Below, one piece after another: positions 58,068-64,000 of a stretch of DNA of 64,000 nucleotides. A model generated the notes under the pieces. That model was not told the origin of the DNA and did not search any database. It saw only the letters and a list, made by a program, of their open reading frames with translations. The DNA comes from Alphaproteobacteria bacterium. Its GTDB lineage: Bacteria; Pseudomonadota; Alphaproteobacteria; UBA828. How positions within the stretch are numbered: the stretch's first letter is position 1; each line of letters begins with the position of its first letter. The DNA is taken from the NCBI GenBank assembly GCA_965220745.1, contig CBDCQT010000003.1:174653-238652 (forward strand), read 5' to 3'. The position numbers and the translations under genes are program-made.

Positions 58068-61000
58068 TGGTGGTCTCCATCGGCACCGTCGCCTCGCCCG
58101 CGCAGGGCGTCTCCTACTACGAACGAGACGGGTACTACGCGAAGGATGACGCCGCCCACCGGGAGGCCAGCGCCTGGTTCGGCAAGGGTGCGGAGGCGCT
58201 TGGCCTGGAGGGCACCGTCGATCCCGACCTCTTCACCGACATCCTCGCGGGCGAGGTCCCCGACGGCTCCGGCCTCCAGCTGGGCCGCAGGAACAGGGAG
58301 GGCGGGATCGAGCACCGCCCCGGCCGCGACCTCACGTTCTCCGCATCCAAGTCCGTCTCGCTGGCCGCGCTGATCGGCGGCGACGAGCGTATCGTGGGCG
58401 TCCACGATGCCGCCGTGCGCAAGGCGCTGGCCTGGGTCGAGGCCAATGCGGCCGAGACCAGGATGATGGACCCCGAGCTCGGCCGCATGGTGCGCACCGG
58501 CGGTCAGACGATCGTCGCCGCCACCTTCCGCCATGACACGTCCCGCAACCTGGACCCGCAGCTGCACACGCATGCGGTGATCGCCAACATGGTGCAGGGG
58601 GAGAATGGCAAGTGGCGCACCATGGCGAACGAGAAGCTCTATGCGTCGAAAATGCTGATCGGCGCGCTCTACCGGGCCGAGCTGGCGCGGGGCCTGGAGG
58701 AGCTGGGGTATGCCATCGAGAAGACCCATGCCGACGGACGGTTCGAGATCGCGGGTGCACCAGGGCGTTCCCCTGTCCCGAGGCCCATCATCGATGCCTT
58801 TTCCACGCGACGCGCCGAGATCGAGGCGTCGATGGCTTCACGGGGTCTTGGCGATCCGGCGGAGAACCCGCGCGTGGCGGAGCGCGCGGCGCTGGTCACG
58901 CGCTCGCACAAGCGCGACGTCGACAAGGAGACACTACGCGAGACCTGGCAGAAACAGGCCTCGGAATTGGGCTTCGACGCACACGGCATGGTTGCCGAGG
59001 CGCGGCACTGGCAGGCGGCGTATCCGGAGCGCTCTCTGCCTTCTGCCGGCCACGACCGCGAGGCAGAGCCCGGCGTCACGGCGGAAGCCGAGCGCGCCGC
59101 CGCCTGGGCGGTGGCGCACCTCCCCGAACGAGAGGCTGTTTTCGCCCGCACCGACCTGCTCACCGCCACCCTCGCCTGGAACCCCGGCAAGGTGAATATC
59201 GAAGAGGCCGAGGCCGCCGTGGGGCAGATGGAGAAGGCGGGTACCCTCCATGCGGCAGGGACACCCGTGCTCGGCGACGCGCTCACCACCGACAAGGCCC
59301 TCATCGACGAGACCGAGACCATCGCGCTCATGGAGCGCGGCCAGGGCCGGTCGAAGCCGGTGATGCGCAAGTGGATCGCGGCGCCTCTGCTCCACAACGG
59401 CCGCCTGACCCAGGGCCAGAAGGAGGCGGTGACCACGATCCTCTCCTCGAAGGACCGGCTCGTCGGCGTGCAGGGCTATGCCGGCACGGGCAAGACCGCG
59501 ATGCTGGACAGGGCGCGCGCTCTCGCGGACAAGAGCGGCTGGCGCATGGTCGGTCTCGCACCCTCTGCCTCGGCGGCCGCCACGCTCGGGACCGAGGCCG
59601 GTATCCGCAGCGAGACGCTGCAGCGCTTCCTCGCCCGCAACGCGGGCGTGGCGGAGGGGAGGCTTACGCCCGGGGCCGAGCGCAGGATGCGCGCCTCCTT
59701 CCGCAAGACGGTGCTGGTGGTGGACGAGGGCTCATTGGCGTCGACCGTGCAGGCCCGCGATCTCCTGCGGATCGCCGACAGGCTCAGGATACCTCAGGTC
59801 GTCCTGGTGGGAGACGAGAAGCAGCTGGATGCCGTGGATGCAGGAAAACCCTTCGCGCAGTTGCAGCAGGCGGGCATGAAGACGGTGGTGATGGACGAGA
59901 TACTTCGGCAGAAGGACCCCGCGCTGAAGGCGGCGGTGCGCGCGAGCCTTGCGGGCGACGTGCGTGCGGCCTTCGGCAAGCTTGGCGAGAGCGTCGCAGA
60001 GGTGAAGGCGGTCAATCTCGCCGGCGCTGCGGCGGCCCGCTGGCTGAGGCTCTCTGCCGAAGAGCGTGAGAACACCGGCTTGATGGCGCCGAGCCATGCG
60101 ATGCGCCAGACCGTCAACGGCCACATCCGCGAGCGCCTCGCCCGCGAGGGCGTCATTCATGGACCGGCGCTTGAGGGCGAGCGGCTGGTCTCGCGCGGGT
60201 ATACCACCGCCGAGAAGATGCAGGCGGCGAACTACGCGCCGGGCGATGTCGTGTCCTTCCACCGCGCCTACAGGAGCCTCGGCGTGGAGAAGGGCGACGA
60301 GCGCCGGGTACTTGGTACTGGCGCGCCCGGCGTGGTCACGCTGGAGGGCCGCAAGGGCGAGGCGATACCCTGGCGCCCGCGCCAGGTAGGCGCTCTGCGC
60401 GGCGCCGTCGAGGTGTACCGTGTCGAGCCGATGGAGCTTCGTGCCGGCGACCGCATCCGCTGGACCCGCAACGAGGCCAGGCTCGGTCTGATGAACAGCC
60501 ATGCGGCGGAAGTGACGGCGGTGCGGGAAGACCGGGTGTCGTTCCTGCTGGAGGACGGCCGCAGGCTGGACCTGCGCCGCGACCATGCGCAGCTGCGGCA
60601 TGTGGATCACGCCTGGGCGTCCACGGTGCACGCGTTCCAGGGGCGCACGGTCGACAACGTGATCGCGGTGATGGAGGCCAATCACCCTCATTTGACCACG
60701 CAGAAGAGCTTCTACGTGGAGATCAGCCGCGCGCGGCACCGGGCGGAGCTGGTCACGGACGATGCGAAGGCCTTGTGCGACCGCCTGGAGGCCGCGACCG
60801 GGGAGAGGGTGTCGGCGCTGGAAGGCATCGCCGCCGCAGCGGCGGAAAGAGCGAAGAGTGCGGAGCGGGCCAGGCAGGCGCAGGCACGCGAAGCGGCCAG
60901 GAGCAGGGAAACGGAGATCGAGCGGGACGCGCCAACCCGCGATCCTGCAGGAATGCGGGCGCCTGCGCCGGCGAGAAGCAGGGAGCCTGGGATCGAGCCC

Positions 61001-61189
61001 GAAGCGCCGGCCAGCAAACCGGAAAGGACGCGGCAGCCAACGCCCGCAAGAACGCCGGAACCGGAGAGGGAGCAGCCGCCCACTCCGGCGCGTCGGCCCG
61101 CTCGGGCGCCGGAGCCCGCGAAGGCGCCGGAACGGGTGAAGGAGCGCGCGCCCAAGACGATCGAATACGAGCTGGAGCTCGAACTGTAG
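58067..61189 (+). CDS. mobF: MobF (TrwC-like) relaxase-helicase (copy 2)
   Basis: All relaxase and helicase motifs intact. Confidence 0.96.
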   Translation: MVVSIGTVASPAQGVSYYERDGYYAKDDAAHREASAWFGKGAEALGLEGTVDPDLFTDILAGEVPDGSGLQLGRRNREGGIEHRPGRDLTFSASKSVSLAALIGGDERIVGVHDAAVRKALAWVEANAAETRMMDPELGRMVRTGGQTIVAATFRHDTSRNLDPQLHTHAVIANMVQGENGKWRTMANEKLYASKMLIGALYRAELARGLEELGYAIEKTHADGRFEIAGAPGRSPVPRPIIDAFSTRRAEIEASMASRGLGDPAENPRVAERAALVTRSHKRDVDKETLRETWQKQASELGFDAHGMVAEARHWQAAYPERSLPSAGHDREAEPGVTAEAERAAAWAVAHLPEREAVFARTDLLTATLAWNPGKVNIEEAEAAVGQMEKAGTLHAAGTPVLGDALTTDKALIDETETIALMERGQGRSKPVMRKWIAAPLLHNGRLTQGQKEAVTTILSSKDRLVGVQGYAGTGKTAMLDRARALADKSGWRMVGLAPSASAAATLGTEAGIRSETLQRFLARNAGVAEGRLTPGAERRMRASFRKTVLVVDEGSLASTVQARDLLRIADRLRIPQVVLVGDEKQLDAVDAGKPFAQLQQAGMKTVVMDEILRQKDPALKAAVRASLAGDVRAAFGKLGESVAEVKAVNLAGAAAARWLRLSAEERENTGLMAPSHAMRQTVNGHIRERLAREGVIHGPALEGERLVSRGYTTAEKMQAANYAPGDVVSFHRAYRSLGVEKGDERRVLGTGAPGVVTLEGRKGEAIPWRPRQVGALRGAVEVYRVEPMELRAGDRIRWTRNEARLGLMNSHAAEVTAVREDRVSFLLEDGRRLDLRRDHAQLRHVDHAWASTVHAFQGRTVDNVIAVMEANHPHLTTQKSFYVEISRARHRAELVTDDAKALCDRLEAATGERVSALEGIAAAAAERAKSAERARQAQAREAARSRETEIERDAPTRDPAGMRAPAPARSREPGIEPEAPASKPERTRQPTPARTPEPEREQPPTPARRPARAPEPAKAPERVKERAPKTIEYELELEL

Positions 61190-61355
61190 GATCACCCAGC
61201 CGCGCGGTATGCATTCGTGCTGCGCATTCGCGCTGCCGAGGTAGCGCTCGTCATGGCCCGCGTGTCGAGGCCTGCGTTGTCGCCCCCGGCGTTCGCGACT
61301 ACCGTAGGCGGCGCCACGCCGACGAGACCGTCAGACCCACCCGCCACGAGTGGCC

Positions 61356-62762
61356 ATGAGTGCTTCCCGTTTCGACAAGGCGACCGAGAACCTGCTCAGG
61401 TGGTCGGCAAGGGACGAGTGGATGGAGTGGCAACTCGGCATCTACGATGCTCACGTCGCACCTGTTGCCGACATTCTCGATGTATCCGAGGACGAGTTCG
61501 AAGAGCTTCTCGGCGACGTCACCGAGATGCTGGGCGTCTTCATCGTGGAGGATTTCTTCACCGCCCGCTTCGGCGAGAACGGCGAGGTGAACGTCGTCGA
61601 CGACTATCTGAAGCGGCGCGGCTGGCGGGAAACCGCGCCGGGCAGGCGCTACCTGGAGTCGCTCAGGGATTCCATGGTGTCTCTCTACGAGGTCGTCGCC
61701 ATCGATCCGGGGCGCAGCATGACGGTCCGCGACCTCATCCGGGGCGGCGATGCGGTCATCGTGCACGAGAAGCTGGGCTCGAAGTCGGCGGCACCGTGGG
61801 ACCGCCTGGCCGCGCGCATCGTTGAGGTGAACGGCAAGATGTACTTCACGGGTGCCGTTCTGCGCTTTCGCCACGAGCTGTCGCTTCTGTTCATGTCGAT
61901 GTTCGACGAGACGGCGACGGAGATGGAGGAGGACATTCCCGAGGAGGCCCGCAGAGAAATCGAAGAGTCGGCGGATATCCGGTCCATGGTGCGCGAGATC
62001 ATCCTCGGCGGCGGAGCCGGCGCCCGGATGTTCACGCATGTCTGGCTGCTCGACACCATGCTGCAGGCCCAGGCCCCGCTGCCCGCGCTGCACAATACTG
62101 ACGATGAGCCGATCGTGTTCTGCAGGGTGCGCTTCCCCGTCGTGGGCGACGAGGCGGAAGTTGCCACCATGCTCGACGGGATCGAGTGCTTCGAGAGGGA
62201 CGAGGATGACGAGGCGAGCTGGACGTGGTCCGTTCCCGGCTCGCCCCTGCACCGGATGGCGCTCCGCCGCAGAGGGGGCGAAGCTCCTGAATCGGAGAGC
62301 GTCATCGGCAACACGTCGCTCGGCCACGCGGAGATGAATGCGGGAGCAGTGACGCTGTTCGTCAACTCGCACGAGCGAGCCGAGCGGGGACGGGACCTTC
62401 TGGCGTCCTGCCTGGGCGATCTTGTCGGACCAGCGCTGATCTCGCATGAGGATATGGAAAGGGCAATGGAGGACCACGCGGGCCAGTCGGACGTCGAGCC
62501 CGAGCTTCCGCCCGATGAAGCGGTGCAGGTGATCCACTCCTACCTCGACGACTACTACCGTCGCATCCTCGACGACCCGCACCCCTCGGTGGACGGCAGG
62601 ACGCTGCGGCAGGCGGCCGGGACGAGAAAGGGGCGAGAGAAAGTGATCGACTGGCTGAAGCAGCTGGAAAACACCGAGTACCGCCGCGCCATGCAGCAGC
62701 GCCACAAGCCCTACGACACGAGCTGGATATGGCGTGAGCTCGGGATCGAGGCACCGGAATAG
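61356..62762 (+). CDS. Conserved hypothetical protein (copy 2)
   Basis: Homologue of 20659-22065. Confidence 0.7.
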   Translation: MSASRFDKATENLLRWSARDEWMEWQLGIYDAHVAPVADILDVSEDEFEELLGDVTEMLGVFIVEDFFTARFGENGEVNVVDDYLKRRGWRETAPGRRYLESLRDSMVSLYEVVAIDPGRSMTVRDLIRGGDAVIVHEKLGSKSAAPWDRLAARIVEVNGKMYFTGAVLRFRHELSLLFMSMFDETATEMEEDIPEEARREIEESADIRSMVREIILGGGAGARMFTHVWLLDTMLQAQAPLPALHNTDDEPIVFCRVRFPVVGDEAEVATMLDGIECFERDEDDEASWTWSVPGSPLHRMALRRRGGEAPESESVIGNTSLGHAEMNAGAVTLFVNSHERAERGRDLLASCLGDLVGPALISHEDMERAMEDHAGQSDVEPELPPDEAVQVIHSYLDDYYRRILDDPHPSVDGRTLRQAAGTRKGREKVIDWLKQLENTEYRRAMQQRHKPYDTSWIWRELGIEAPE

Positions 62763-62888
62763 TCCCCGGCGGCGCCTTGGGACGCGCGGATCCGTCGCTT
62801 CGTCGGCTCCAAAGTTCGGGTTCGGAGTTGGCATCGCCGGCCGGGAACGGCGAGACCAGGTGCAGTGCCGCAGCGGAGACGCTTGGCC

Positions 62889-63116
62889 TCACGTCTCCTC
62901 GTCCGCTTCTTCCCGGTCAAGCGTCTCCGCCTGGGCGATCCGGCCGGCCTCGGTGGCGCGCAAAAAATCTTCCTGTCTGCCCAGCTCGGCAGGCTCCTCG
63001 TGCTCGAGGTAGGCGAGCAGGTACACGCCCCGGAACGTTCGCTCGATCATCTCCACCAGCGCAGGCGGCAGCTTGCCGTCGTCGAGGCCGACCTCGCGCG
63101 CTGCGATGCCGGCGGC
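62889..63116 (-). pseudogene. MobC-like gene lacking its RHH N-terminus
   Basis: Matches only the C-terminal two-thirds of 20079-20420. Confidence 0.8.
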
Positions 63117-63214
63117 GCAGCATATCAACGCCTGGGGTGCGGCCGGGCGCTCGGCTCCAAAGCATCCGTTGGCAGGGTGGCCGCACCGCAGCTCTCCGCC
63201 TGCATGTGAGCGCG

Positions 63215-64000
63215 TCAGCCGGCGCCGGGCGCGGCAACTTCAGCTTCGACCCCCGCCAATTGCTCGATGCCATAACTCTCCTGCGGAATGCGCTGTCCCG
63301 CAGACCAGAGCTCCGCGAGCGCCTTCGCAAGGTCGGCGGGATACACGTCGTCGAGTCCGGCGACGACCCCATCCTCCGGTGCCCGTTCCAGGGGCCGCCG
63401 GTGGCCGTGGGCGAGCAGCCAGCGATAGAGCCCGCGATGCGGCCTCAGCGCCGTCCGCCCCTCCGACTGCCGCCGCCGGTTGACCCCGATCAGTATCCGG
63501 GCGCCGGCAGGATCGAGGTCGCCGAGGTACATGGCGCCCTCCGCCTGCGTGCAGACGATCAGGTCGTCGAGGTTGCCGGCGCCCTGCCGGAAGGCGTTGC
63601 CGCCGCCGTAGGCGATGGCGGCATAGAGCGCAGCCTCCCGGTTCCACCGGCGGAAGCTGTCCCAGGAGTGATAGTTCTCCAGCACCAGGATCGGCCGCCC
63701 CGGCACCCGTTTGGGTGGCGATTCGTGCGGCAGCGGCGGCGCGACGGGATAGCAGTGAAGATCGGCCAGCGTGACGCGTCCCTCGAACAGGGCCAGATCG
63801 CCCTTGCGTAGATCGTCGAGACGCTTCTCGTCACCGAATATCTGCAGCGAGCGCTCCCTCGTCGGCGCCGGCACGGGCTCCTTGCCGCGCATGGACAGCA
63901 GAAACGTGTTGACGGCCTGAAGGTCGGCGCGCCGCACGGGATGGCGCTCGTCGGCGGCGAAGGCCAGGGCCGGCAGCCAGGATTGAGATGTCCGGGTGTG
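63215..64000 (-). CDS. jetD: Wadjet JetD-like / DUF2220 Toprim nuclease (5' end probably outside the window)
   Basis: ERSLQIFGDEKRLD, ILVLEN, YGGGN, YLGDLDPAG..I, RIPQE. Confidence 0.75.
   Translation of the reverse strand, partial: HTRTSQSWLPALAFAADERHPVRRADLQAVNTFLLSMRGKEPVPAPTRERSLQIFGDEKRLDDLRKGDLALFEGRVTLADLHCYPVAPPLPHESPPKRVPGRPILVLENYHSWDSFRRWNREAALYAAIAYGGGNAFRQGAGNLDDLIVCTQAEGAMYLGDLDPAGARILIGVNRRRQSEGRTALRPHRGLYRWLLAHGHRRPLERAPEDGVVAGLDDVYPADLAKALAELWSAGQRIPQESYGIEQLAGVEAEVAAPGAG

Larger units (their letters stand above)
55082..63116 (+). repeat. Mobilization module, copy 2 (inverted homologue of 20193-28348)
   Basis: IS630 remnant, repeat array, HTH genes, truncated coupling protein, relaxase, hypothetical, mobC remnant in the same order. 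Confidence 0.92.

Noticed and set aside
55082-63116. Inverted duplication as a simple assembly artefact
   Set aside because: Copies differ by many substitutions and in-frame indels (for example GVSRTVIDAYST versus GAPGRSPVPRPIIDAFST). A two-strain chimera cannot be excluded without reads.

Overview
High-GC window, probably alphaproteobacterial (inferred from porin type and mobile-element backbone), that is almost entirely accessory DNA. It holds three paralogous porin + PAPS-dependent sulfotransferase cassettes (1041-3116 -, 37524-39488 -, 39991-41975 +). Their start codons all sit in the same 11-bp core, GAAGCATGAAG. A 492-bp segment with a ribosome-binding site at only one end occurs twice, nearly identical. 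It is bounded by inverted copies of that core at both loci: 3122-7227, now interrupted by an IS66, and 39494-39985, intact. The fourth core copy (7228) leads into ~10-bp periodic direct repeats and two tandem tyrosine recombinases. The best candidate novel system is therefore a recombinase/excisionase-driven porin-sulfotransferase switch built from att-like sites. The rest comprises two diverged, oppositely oriented copies of a MobF-relaxase mobilizable element, making 20-63 kb a degenerate mirror centred on the porin pair. There is defence cargo (VapBC, three Rpn genes with internal antitoxin ORFs, a primase-helicase, a Wadjet JetD-like gene). IS elements with readable ends and target duplications are IS66, IS630, two IS701 and a passenger-carrying IS1595. 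No rRNA, tRNA or CRISPR was seen. Family calls come from motif recognition by eye; no database search was run.
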